Source of the DNA: a virus
Lineage: Duplodnaviria > Caudoviricetes
Direction: 5' to 3' (one strand)
Length of the DNA: 64,000 nt
IMG/VR virus record: IMGVR_UViG_3300032285_001531
This document shows, one piece after another, positions 55,999 through 64,000 of the stretch. Position numbers and translations under genes: made by a program. The notes beneath the pieces are model-generated. The model searched no databases. It had not been told where the DNA came from and worked only from the letters and a program-made list of their open reading frames with translations. Numbering within the stretch: the stretch's first letter is position 1; each line of letters starts with the position of its first letter.

Positions 55999-56082
55999 TG
56001 GTACGAGAAGAGGGACTTGAACCCTCAATCCTTTCGGCGCAAGATTTTAAGTCTTGTGTGTATACCATTCCACCATTCTCGC
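55999..56082 (-). tRNA. tRNA-Leu(TAA)
   Basis: CAAGA-CTTAAAA-TCTTG; long variable arm; CCA. Confidence 0.92.
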
Positions 56083-56087
56083 ATTAC

Positions 56088-56161
56088 TGGAGCGGAGTGA
56101 GAGAATCGAACTCTCAACTAGAGCTTGGAAGGCTTTCGTTTTACCATTAAACTAACCCCGC
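56088..56161 (-). tRNA. tRNA-Gly(TCC)
   Basis: loop CTTCCAA; discriminator T; CCA. Confidence 0.92.
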
Positions 56162-56171
56162 ATTTACTACT

Positions 56172-56238
<67 letters not shown>

Positions 56239-56248
<10 letters not shown>

Positions 56249-56478
56249 CAATCATCTTCTTCATCTACACCATTGATAAAATCTTGTAACTTCTGCTTTG
56301 CTTCTTTTCTGCTTAATGCAGGTAGTGTAACAGTAGCAATACAATTTTTAATCTTTATATCAAACGGTACAACACCATGCGGCAGCCAGCCTTCTTCAAC
56401 CGGTACACTTACTGTGTACGATTTAAGTTTCATTATCCTATCAAGTATCTGTTTAGTAATATCCGCTGGATGTGGCAT
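56239..56478 (-). CDS. hypothetical phage protein
   Basis: 79 aa; last 10 nt overlap tRNA-Ile2. Confidence 0.6.
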
Positions 56479-56488
56479 AGTTGTTGAA

Positions 56489-56562
56489 TGGTGCCCCTTG
56501 ACAGAATCGAACTGCCAATTGATGATTACAAATCAACTGTTATACCATTTAACTAAAAGGGC
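56489..56562 (-). tRNA. tRNA-Thr(TGT)
   Basis: loop TTTGTAA; GCCCTTT acceptor; CCA. Confidence 0.9.
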
Positions 56563-56569
56563 GTTTTAA

Positions 56570-56731
56570 CTACTTAGTCTTACTTTCTATAGCACGTTTA
56601 ATTTTCATAACATGCTTAGGTCTTGCTGATTCTAAAAGTTTAGTTAACTGCTCTACGTTAAGAGGACCTAATCTAGTTTTGCCTGTCTTAGTTTTCATTG
56701 GATCACGTTTACTATCTTTTTTTACTGCCAT
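56570..56731 (-). CDS. small basic protein (53 aa)
   Basis: not in ORF track; GAGGA RBS; KTKTGKTRLGPLNVEQL. Confidence 0.6.
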   Translation of the reverse strand: MAVKKDSKRDPMKTKTGKTRLGPLNVEQLTKLLESARPKHVMKIKRAIESKTK

Positions 56732-56750
56732 ATTTTCCTCTTTATGTTAA

Positions 56751-56845
56751 TGGCGAAGAGTATTGGATTCGAACCAATGAAGCAGATTTGTGTCCGCTTG
56801 CCTTCTTAGCAGGAAGGTGCCTTCGACCAACTCGGCCAACTCTCC
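56751..56845 (-). tRNA. tRNA-Ser(GCT)
   Basis: CCTTC-CTGCTAA-GAAGG; long variable arm; GCCA end. Confidence 0.92.
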
Positions 56846-56855
56846 GATACAACCT

Positions 56856-57077
56856 TTACTGCTTGTCCTCGTACTTCTCATTCAACTTATCTACACCGTG
56901 TGAGAATCTAAAATAACTCACTAGCATACTGTACATTGCATAAACAAGAAGTGCTATAGCAATCCATGTTATAGCTACTGGATTAATATAATATAGTACT
57001 GCATAACCACCTACTATCATAGCTAACAATGCAAGTATTGCCTTTACTTCTGGTTTCAAACTATTAAATTTGTTCAT
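56856..57077 (-). CDS. small membrane protein
   Basis: two TM; AAGGA RBS. Confidence 0.65.
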   Translation of the reverse strand: MNKFNSLKPEVKAILALLAMIVGGYAVLYYINPVAITWIAIALLVYAMYSMLVSYFRFSHGVDKLNEKYEDKQ

Positions 57078-57142
57078 ACATAGTCCTTTATAACGGTTTA
57101 AGAGATTTAATTATATAATAAGTGCAGAGTAATGTCAAACAC

Positions 57143-58306
57143 TTAAATTCTGACTTTATCCAAAAATCTATGCATTCCTTCTAATACGGGTATCCAATCA
57201 CCATATGTTGCTTGTCTGAATATTCTAGCAGTTGGATACCATGGACTTAATCCAGTATTAAGTAGATATCTCCAATCAACTGCAAATGCATTCAATGGTA
57301 TCCATAAGTCTTTACCCATTGCACCTGCTAAATGTGCAATTGCTGTATCTACACTGATTATCATATCCATATTCGCTACAACTGCTGCTGTATCGCCCCA
57401 ATGTCTAATATGACCAGGAAATCTTAAGAATGCATTACTATTTTCTATTAATTGCATTTCTTGTTGACTTGCATCAGCCTGTAAACTAACCCATTCAATA
57501 TCAGGATTAAGTTGTGCTAACTGAATCATTAATTCTACTGGCATTGCTTTATGTTGATTGATCCAACTATCTTTACGACCACTCCAACATACACCAATAC
57601 GCATTTTAGTTTTAGGCCCTAATGCAACTCGCCATTGTTCAACTAAATTAGGATCAGCTTGAATATATCCTATCTCTTTTGGCAATGTATCATAAGTTAC
57701 TCCTAATACTCTAGGAACACTCATAGTCATTACCCAATAATCAAATTCACCTGCATCATTGATATCAGTAATAACTCTATTAATATTAGGATCACGTTCA
57801 AATAACTCTTGCATACCCTGATGTGTATGGAAAATTACTTTTGCACCAAGTGCAGTTAAGTATTTTAAAAAACGATAGAATTGAATTGTATCACCTAAAC
57901 CTTGTTCCCAACATACTAAGATAGTTTTACCTGTTAAATCTTCACCATTCCATTCAGGCTGAGAAAATTTATATTTTGTATCTGCTAGATGTTCATATTG
58001 CCAACGCCATTCATATTGTTCAAGACCACGCTTTAAGTCTCCCATTAACATATATGCTACTGATAGATTAAACTGTGCTGTTATATAGTCAGGCACTAAT
58101 GCACATGCATGTTGTAAGAAAGGTATTGCACGTGCAGGATATCCCATTTCACGTAATACATTTCCATAATTATTCCATGCATGAGGGTTTGTTGGGTCTT
58201 TGACAAAGGCTTGAGCATAACATTCTAATGCTTTATCAGGCTGCGTTGAATTACGATATTCATTGCCCTGTTCAATTAAATCATTTACGTCTACTATATC
58301 TGTCAT
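57143..58306 (-). CDS. TPR-repeat plus GT9-like glycosyltransferase
   Basis: TPRs (AWNNYGNVL); EQGLGDTIQF; ISVDTAIAHLAGAMG; W.YLL....SPWYPT. Confidence 0.85.
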   Translation of the reverse strand: MTDIVDVNDLIEQGNEYRNSTQPDKALECYAQAFVKDPTNPHAWNNYGNVLREMGYPARAIPFLQHACALVPDYITAQFNLSVAYMLMGDLKRGLEQYEWRWQYEHLADTKYKFSQPEWNGEDLTGKTILVCWEQGLGDTIQFYRFLKYLTALGAKVIFHTHQGMQELFERDPNINRVITDINDAGEFDYWVMTMSVPRVLGVTYDTLPKEIGYIQADPNLVEQWRVALGPKTKMRIGVCWSGRKDSWINQHKAMPVELMIQLAQLNPDIEWVSLQADASQQEMQLIENSNAFLRFPGHIRHWGDTAAVVANMDMIISVDTAIAHLAGAMGKDLWIPLNAFAVDWRYLLNTGLSPWYPTARIFRQATYGDWIPVLEGMHRFLDKVRI

Positions 58307-58322
58307 TATATCACTCGTTGTT

Positions 58323-58410
58323 TGGCGGAAGCGGTGAGATTCGAACTCACGGACCCTTTCGAGCCTCTAGCTTTCAAGGCTAGTGTAATCGGCCACTCTA
58401 CCACACTTCC
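58323..58410 (-). tRNA. tRNA-Ser(TGA)
   Basis: CTAGC-CTTGAAA-GCTAG; long variable arm; GCCA end. Confidence 0.92.
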
Positions 58411-58650
58411 TTATTTTCTATTCCTAAGTTTCATTCCTACATATGTACCACAAAATGCACCTATACATGCAGGTATTAATAACATATGATCGGCGGTATA
58501 TTCAATCACAGCTAAACTACCAATTAACCATACAATAGCACCCCAAAGACTAGCTGTTAGGGCGGCATTTTCACTGATAGCTTTTAAATAGTATGTATAG
58601 AATATATCTACTACAAACACTGCAAGAAAGGTAGTTAGGTAACTTATCAT
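58411..58650 (-). CDS. small membrane protein
   Basis: 3 hydrophobic helices. Confidence 0.65.
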   Translation of the reverse strand: MISYLTTFLAVFVVDIFYTYYLKAISENAALTASLWGAIVWLIGSLAVIEYTADHMLLIPACIGAFCGTYVGMKLRNRK

Positions 58651-58695
58651 TGTTAAGGTATAATTGAAGCGGGTGATAATCACCCGCTTTGATGC

Positions 58696-60588
58696 TTAAT
58701 TTGCTTCTTTTACTTCGGCATCAACAACTGTTTCATCAGTTGGAGGACCATCTGGCATTTCTTTGTTGCGCTTCTCAGCTTCCCAAGCAATAGTTTTCTG
58801 CATCAACTCACCAATTTCTTTAACTGCTGCGTCCATGTCATCTTTACTATCGCCCTTTGCCGTCTCTTTATATTTACTTAGAGATTCAGTGATGGCTGTT
58901 TTTTCCTCAGCAGGAACATAATCACCTAAATTCTCAATTTGAGATTCAAGATGACCAATGCTACTATCTAAACTATTACGTGCACCAACAAGTTCAACAA
59001 TTTTCTTATCTTCTTCAGCATTCAATTCAGCATCTTTGACCATTTGATCAATCTCTTGCTCTGATAAGCCACTGTTTGCTTTGATTGTGATTTCTTTTTC
59101 TTTGTTGGTTTTCTTATCAACTGCTTTAACTGATAAGATACCATTCGCATCAATGTCAAATGTAACTTCAATTTGTGGTACTCCGCGTGGTGCTGGATCG
59201 ATACCTTCTAAATTGAATTCACCTAAACGTTTGTTACCACTTACAATCTCACGTTCACCTTGATAAACACTGATAGTAACTGATGGCTGATTGTTTTCTG
59301 CAGTAGAATAAACTTGACTGTACTTTGTAGGTATAGTTGTGTTCTTCTTAATCATCTTAGTCATAACACCACCCATTGTTTCAATGCCTAATGATAATGG
59401 AGTTACATCTAATAACAATACGTCTTTACGATCACCACCTAATACTGCACCTTGAATTGCTGCACCAACTGCAACGGCTTCATCAGGATTAACATCTTTA
59501 CGTGGAGCCTTACCGAATAGCTTCTCAACTTCTTCTTGCACCTTAGGCATACGTGTCATACCACCAACAAGAATAATCTCATCAATGTCACTTGCAGTAA
59601 CGCCTGCATCTTTCATTGCAACTTTACATGGCTCAATACTACGCTGAATTAAATCTTCTACTAATGATTCTAACTTAGCACGTGTGATCTTAACATTCAA
59701 ATGCTTAGGACCAGTTGCATCTGCAGTGATGTATGGTAAGTTAACATCAGTTTGTGTACTGTTAGATAGTTCAATCTTTGTACGTTCTGCTGCCTCTTTC
59801 AAACGTTGTAGTGCCATCATGTCTTTACTTAAATCAACACCTGAATCTTTTTTGAACTCAGCAATGATGTGATCCATTATTCTTTGGTCAAAATCTTCAC
59901 CGCCCAAGAATGTGTCACCGTTTGTGGAAAGTACTTCGAATTGTTTATCGCCATCCACATTATTGATGTCAATGATAGATATATCAAAAGTACCGCCACC
60001 AAGATCATAGACAGCAACTTTGCGGTCTGTTTTTTCATTCTTATCTACTCCATATGCCAATGCTGCTGCAGTTGGCTCATTAATAATACGCAATACTTCT
60101 AAGCCTGCAATTCTACCTGCATCCTTAGTTGCTTGACGTTGACTGTCATTAAAGTACGCTGGTACTGTAATAACTGCTTGTGTAACTTCTTCACCTAAGA
60201 AATCTTCTGCTGTCTTTTTCATCTTACGTAAAACTTCAGCACTTATTTGAGGTGGTGCATACTTCTTATCTTCTACTTGTACCCATGCATCACCGTTATC
60301 TGCTGCAACGATTTTATATGGAATCAAGTCAATATCTTTCTGTACTGCTTTCTCATCAAACTTACGTCCGATTAGTCGCTTAGCAGCATAGATTGTATTT
60401 TTTGGATTAGTTACAGCTTGACGTTTTGCTGGTGCACCAACAGTGATTTCACCGTTTTGCATATACGCAATAATACTAGGTGTAGTTCTTGCACCTTCGC
60501 TGTTCTCTAATACTTTTGGGGTTTTGCCATCTATGATAGCAACGCATGAATTGGTAGTACCTAGGTCGATACCTATAATCTTAGACAT
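58696..60588 (-). CDS. dnaK: molecular chaperone DnaK (Hsp70)
   Basis: [52 protein letters not shown]. Confidence 0.98.
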   Translation of the reverse strand: MSKIIGIDLGTTNSCVAIIDGKTPKVLENSEGARTTPSIIAYMQNGEITVGAPAKRQAVTNPKNTIYAAKRLIGRKFDEKAVQKDIDLIPYKIVAADNGDAWVQVEDKKYAPPQISAEVLRKMKKTAEDFLGEEVTQAVITVPAYFNDSQRQATKDAGRIAGLEVLRIINEPTAAALAYGVDKNEKTDRKVAVYDLGGGTFDISIIDINNVDGDKQFEVLSTNGDTFLGGEDFDQRIMDHIIAEFKKDSGVDLSKDMMALQRLKEAAERTKIELSNSTQTDVNLPYITADATGPKHLNVKITRAKLESLVEDLIQRSIEPCKVAMKDAGVTASDIDEIILVGGMTRMPKVQEEVEKLFGKAPRKDVNPDEAVAVGAAIQGAVLGGDRKDVLLLDVTPLSLGIETMGGVMTKMIKKNTTIPTKYSQVYSTAENNQPSVTISVYQGEREIVSGNKRLGEFNLEGIDPAPRGVPQIEVTFDIDANGILSVKAVDKKTNKEKEITIKANSGLSEQEIDQMVKDAELNAEEDKKIVELVGARNSLDSSIGHLESQIENLGDYVPAEEKTAITESLSKYKETAKGDSKDDMDAAVKEIGELMQKTIAWEAEKRNKEMPDGPPTDETVVDAEVKEAN

Positions 60589-60660
60589 ATTTTTCTCCTT
60601 TAAATTAAGCAAGATTTTTTATCAGAAGCCCGTAAGGCGCATCTGAGACATGTATTTATA
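60589..60660 (-). promoter_or_regulatory. late promoter plus ROSE-like RNA thermometer leader of dnaK
   Basis: TATAAATA 60653-60660, hairpin 60622-60646, CTTGCTT 60607-60613 able to pair with AAGGAG 60595-60600. Confidence 0.65.
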
Positions 60661-60692
60661 CATGGGAAAATGTAAAATATCAATATATTTGG

Positions 60693-60768
60693 TGGTGCCC
60701 ATTGACGGATTCGAACCGCCGACCTACTGATTACTAATCAGTTGCTCTACCAACTGAGCTAAATGGGC
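60693..60768 (-). tRNA. tRNA-Thr(AGT)
   Basis: ACTGA-TTAGTAA-TCAGT anticodon arm; GCCCATT acceptor; CCA. Confidence 0.9.
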
Positions 60769-61373
60769 TACTTTTTCTTATAAATCTTTACGTCAATCTT
60801 TCCGCTGAAAGGAATAGATTTGACTAATGCAAAGTGCTTCTCTACTTCTTTAAAAACATTAAAATCATCATTGAACCAGATGACACTATTATCTGACCTA
60901 ACATCACCGGGAACTAATCTACCTTCAGCTTCGTTAAGCAATATAAAGTATCCATCTTTACGCATAGCATCAGCTATAGTTTCTATCTCTTTTACTGGGT
61001 GTTCTACATGCTGCAAAACGTATGCAGCTAAGCAAACATCAATTACTCCCTTACGGATGAATGAACTGCAGGTAACAAATTTATTAGAATCAGCAACATA
61101 CATTGTGGCCAACTTTAGCATGTCAATACTCATGTCTAACCCAATAACTTCACATTTGAATCTCTCAATCAATTGTTTGCTTACACGACCCATTCCGCAT
61201 CCAAAATCAAGTACAACTTTTTGATCAGATATGATATTTTCGTTAGCAATTATATTGACTAATTGATTGGTCTCATCCTCAAATTTATTAGGATTTGCAG
61301 GATCCGGGGTCAATACAATGTCTTTTGCATGTTGCATAGAAGCCGGAATAAATGTTTCGTATAAGTATTTCAT
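60768..61373 (-). CDS. class I SAM-dependent methyltransferase
   Basis: VLDFGCGMGR, GLDMS..ML, YVLQHVEHP. Confidence 0.85.
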   Translation of the reverse strand: MKYLYETFIPASMQHAKDIVLTPDPANPNKFEDETNQLVNIIANENIISDQKVVLDFGCGMGRVSKQLIERFKCEVIGLDMSIDMLKLATMYVADSNKFVTCSSFIRKGVIDVCLAAYVLQHVEHPVKEIETIADAMRKDGYFILLNEAEGRLVPGDVRSDNSVIWFNDDFNVFKEVEKHFALVKSIPFSGKIDVKIYKKK

Positions 61374-61441
61374 AATCTTTATATATGTGTTTTAAGTTTG
61401 CCCGTTATTTTTCGGAGTATCTGACTGATAAATACTATATT

Positions 61442-62434
61442 ATGCTAATCAACGAGATTCTAACAGAAGCCATCAGTCTAACACAATACGAAAGTAAGGT
61501 GCAAGGTATGATTATTAAAGGGCTCCAAAAGGCTCTAAAACGTTTATCCAAAACTAAAGGTAAATTTCCCGAAGAAGAACAGGAATTAACACAGAATGAT
61601 CGTAGCTATCCATTTAGAACACAAATGGTGAATCTTTTTACAAGATATCTAGCCACCGATATTGCTAAAGAATTCAAAAACTTAAAAACTATTGACGGTG
61701 TTCAAGTGGACACTATCAAGTTTATCAAATCTGAGTATGGCGGATACGCACAAGGAACTGATCTTTACATCGGTTCTATAATTATAAAAAATATTGCCAG
61801 AACAACAATTGATACTATCGATCAATTTTGCATTGATGCGTCAGGTGAATATCCTGATCGTGTTACTACATTTTTCACAATGTGTTCTATAATTGCTGAT
61901 GGGGTAGACAGGCATAGTAAATTCTTACTGAATGAAATACTTGACCAAATTCAACCAAGTGTAGATTCTATAATTAACACTGTTACACATGAAATGGTTC
62001 ACACAACTCAACATGGTCGCCAGTTTCAAAAAGGAAGAAGTAACCTTGAATATCGCAGTTATTTGGATAAAAAGAAAGGCGAGTTTATAAAGTTACACAA
62101 CAACAAAGACTGGAATAAAAATCCTCGTGCAAGAGAATTGTATTACGCTAGTCCACAAGAGATTCCTGCATTTGCACATGAAATCGCTCTGTATATTATT
62201 CGTGCGTATGCTCTACCAGAAATAACTTCAGTTGAAGAAATTTCAACAGTAACTCCTGAAGATATTACTTACGCAATGTCTAGATATCCAATGATAGCAA
62301 GTCTTGCTACTAATCCTGATCCTAGAGCAAAGAAAGTTTATCAACGCTATGCTAAATTAATATACTCGGAAGTTCAGAATTACATTCAACAATTAAAACA
62401 GAAACTAACTAAAGAAGCGGTACCTGCTACTTAA
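61442..62434 (+). CDS. zincin-like metalloprotease domain protein, possible virion protein
   Basis: VTHEMVH (HExxH), Y..SPQEI.AFAHE; N-terminus MLINEILTE. Confidence 0.7.
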   Translation: MLINEILTEAISLTQYESKVQGMIIKGLQKALKRLSKTKGKFPEEEQELTQNDRSYPFRTQMVNLFTRYLATDIAKEFKNLKTIDGVQVDTIKFIKSEYGGYAQGTDLYIGSIIIKNIARTTIDTIDQFCIDASGEYPDRVTTFFTMCSIIADGVDRHSKFLLNEILDQIQPSVDSIINTVTHEMVHTTQHGRQFQKGRSNLEYRSYLDKKKGEFIKLHNNKDWNKNPRARELYYASPQEIPAFAHEIALYIIRAYALPEITSVEEISTVTPEDITYAMSRYPMIASLATNPDPRAKKVYQRYAKLIYSEVQNYIQQLKQKLTKEAVPAT

Positions 62435-62908
62435 GTTAGATTTATCATTTACCATACGGTCAAATTGACCACTCTTACCATCAAAGTAAAATCCACTAGG
62501 GTCTAGTATCTGACCTCGTAACTCAACCCAACTATGCGGTATCCATTTGAATTCTTCACGTATTGCAGGATCACTGTTTATGTATTTGATGCGGTCTGAT
62601 TTCTTGCGTGGATCAAGACCTAATTGTTTCATTGCTAATTTATCTTTTGTTTCTAGTGCGTCAATATGTAGATCAGGTTCGTCTGCATGAAACCATCCAT
62701 ATTTTTTCTTGCCGTTGTTTACAATACCAATAGGAACAATCTCGGCATTACCTATACCTTTATTCTCTAAGAATGATATAAAATCTTGACTGGCGCCATA
62801 ACAATTATCTTGTACAAAGTAATAGTTCAATTGCATTGGACTAGCTTGCTTCCAAAACTCAATTAATAATGGATCAATTTTTGATCCTGCAAGTTCAAAG
62901 ATTTTCAT
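62405..62908 (-). CDS. transglutaminase/papain-like fold protein (putative Cys-His-Asp)
   Basis: DNCYGAS ... HSWVELRGQILDP. Confidence 0.55.
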   Translation of the reverse strand: MKIFELAGSKIDPLLIEFWKQASPMQLNYYFVQDNCYGASQDFISFLENKGIGNAEIVPIGIVNNGKKKYGWFHADEPDLHIDALETKDKLAMKQLGLDPRKKSDRIKYINSDPAIREEFKWIPHSWVELRGQILDPSGFYFDGKSGQFDRMVNDKSNLSSRYRFFS

Positions 62909-63393
62909 TTTATACGAGGAATGACGTTGGTATCCCAATAGCTTTTCTTACCAATGCGACTTTTATCTACGTCTGGTAAATCTTGCCATTGTTTAGAACG
63001 TTGTTTGCTTTGCTCTACATCAAAGCCTGTGTAGTCATCAGGTACCCATTGCCATTTGTGATGATAGATCCAAGGATCAACTGCCTGTTTAGTTACTTTA
63101 ACGGTACCATCTGGTGATACTCTGATACTGGTACCACTGATTGGTTCGTCTGCAGTATCAAAGTCAGGTGATTCTATGAATGAGAATGTTTTTAACTTGG
63201 GATTGTATTTGATTACAGTAAAGTCAAAATCATTTGGGATTTTTGATTGTGCAAACTTTAATTCGTCTGCAGGAATTCCGGCTTCTATCGCATATTGTTT
63301 ATGCACATAAAGTTCTCCGCCAATACGCTTTCCTATCTTTCTAGGTTGTTGCGCAGCTTCTACTATGTTAATTAATTTACGTATATCACTCAT
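62905..63393 (-). CDS. protein resembling a domain of DNA phosphorothioation-associated putative methyltransferases
   Basis: GK.IGG..YVH, F..SPDFD...EP, P.IYHHK..V.DDY, SRIG...YW; recalled similarity, not searched. Confidence 0.5.
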   Translation of the reverse strand: MSDIRKLINIVEAAQQPRKIGKRIGGELYVHKQYAIEAGIPADELKFAQSKIPNDFDFTVIKYNPKLKTFSFIESPDFDTADEPISGTSIRVSPDGTVKVTKQAVDPWIYHHKWQWVPDDYTGFDVEQSKQRSKQWQDLPDVDKSRIGKKSYWDTNVIPRIK

Positions 63394-63430
63394 AGATATA
63401 TTTATCTGGCAGGGCATAACCATTAGGTAG

Positions 63431-63450
63431 AAAAAGGTAGCAAGCTACCC
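63431..63450 (-). terminator. intrinsic terminator of pqqA
   Basis: GGTAG-CTTG-CTACC then T5 on minus strand. Confidence 0.7.
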
Positions 63451-63477
63451 TTATCTTAAAACTTATTTTACAATGTA

Positions 63478-63549
63478 TTAGCGATTTGCAATGTACATTG
63501 TGATTTCAAAACCAAAACGCAAATCAGTTGCTTGAGGTATTGTCCACAT
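63478..63549 (-). CDS. pqqA: coenzyme PQQ precursor peptide PqqA (23 aa)
   Basis: not in ORF track; [23 protein letters not shown] with ExxxY core; AAGGAG RBS 63556-63561; TAAATA 63586-63591. Confidence 0.93.
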   Translation of the reverse strand: MWTIPQATDLRFGFEITMYIANR

Positions 63550-63660
63550 GTTATTCTCCTTAAATGAATACATATACTGCATATGTATTTAAGATATAGT
63601 AACACGTAAAAACACCAAGGTATTGCAGATAATCATTGGCTGATACTAATGAAAATCATT

Positions 63661-63835
63661 AAAATGCTCTGCGACCCTCGGCGGTAATTATAGTACTAAC
63701 AGCTTCGTCTAGCTTTCGCCGCATCAACTGTTAAATACCTTCCACCCGCTCCCCGACAGGGTCCGTTCTCGCATTGCCAGCGCACTTTTCGCCTAAGTGT
63801 AAGGTCCTACGAGGAATTACCTCGCTTCTCATCTT
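63661..63835 (-). ncRNA. candidate structured RNA with RNase P S-domain / T-box-like double T-loop module
   Basis: GC-rich non-coding island; nested hand-folded stems; GCGAGAA and GGUGGAA joiners flanking one helix. Confidence 0.55.
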
Positions 63836-63856
63836 CCGGACCAGAATAGAGTGTGA

Positions 63857-64000
63857 TTAACACTCACGTTCTTTACGAATTCGCCATCTTTCTAATTGAG
63901 CTAGGCGAATTTTTTCTTTTTGTTCAATAGTCATAGGAATTCCTAATTTTCCATTTGGTTTTCCTTTTTTATTTTGACTTATTTTTTGATTTACTATATC
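63857..64000 (-). CDS. C-terminal fragment of NUMOD3-type homing-endonuclease-like protein (runs off window)
   Basis: KISQNKKGKPNGKLGIPMTIEQKEKIRLAQ resembles NUMOD3 repeats. Confidence 0.6.
   Translation of the reverse strand, partial: DIVNQKISQNKKGKPNGKLGIPMTIEQKEKIRLAQLERWRIRKEREC

Noticed and set aside
58667-58690. Hairpin downstream of dnaK as terminator
   Set aside because: The stem is perfect but there is no convincing U-tract on the minus strand, so it is left uncalled.
63826-63846. GGTCCGGAAG on the minus strand matches the E. coli 4.5S SRP RNA core
   Set aside because: The required CAGG and AGCAG flanks of the SRP domain IV loop are absent, so this is treated as coincidence.
63600-63860. 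Group I intron, tmRNA or complete RNase P RNA explanation for the structured region
   Set aside because: No P7 GACUA/AUAGUC pair or 3' exon, no tRNA-like CCA end or tag frame, and no CR-I or CR-V catalytic motifs.

Overview
This window is a 64 kb segment of a large, AT-rich dsDNA tailed phage genome (T4-like or jumbo-like), not a cellular chromosome. It is densely packed with short ORFs, uses the standard code, and has sigma70-like early promoters and T4-type TAAATA late promoters. The host-like genes suggest a Betaproteobacterium, which is an inference. Recognisable genes are ATP-dependent DNA ligase, dCMP deaminase, clpX, clpP, clpS, hsp20, dnaK, parvulin, bS21, IF-1, RNAP omega, Fe/Mn-SOD, ErpA/IscA, a 3,6-dideoxysugar module, a curli-like csgF-csgG-curlin-FecR-curlin operon followed by a CHASE2 adenylate/guanylate cyclase, two tail-fibre-like genes, peptidoglycan enzymes and 10 tRNAs. 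Several signals are absent from the ORF track: (1) a 23-aa PQQ precursor gene pqqA with its own promoter, RBS and terminator; (2) a ~175-nt structured ncRNA candidate whose hand-folded architecture resembles the RNase P specificity domain (double T-loop), directly downstream of a NUMOD3 homing-endonuclease-like ORF; (3) ROSE-type RNA-thermometer leaders shared by hsp20 and dnaK; (4) a tRNA-Thr with the unusual AGU anticodon; (5) a repeated early-promoter cassette; (6) capsid-targeting-like N-termini on several enzymes; and (7) an expanded family of small proteins ending in F-x-L-[KR]-W. All family assignments come from motif recognition by eye and no database searches were run.
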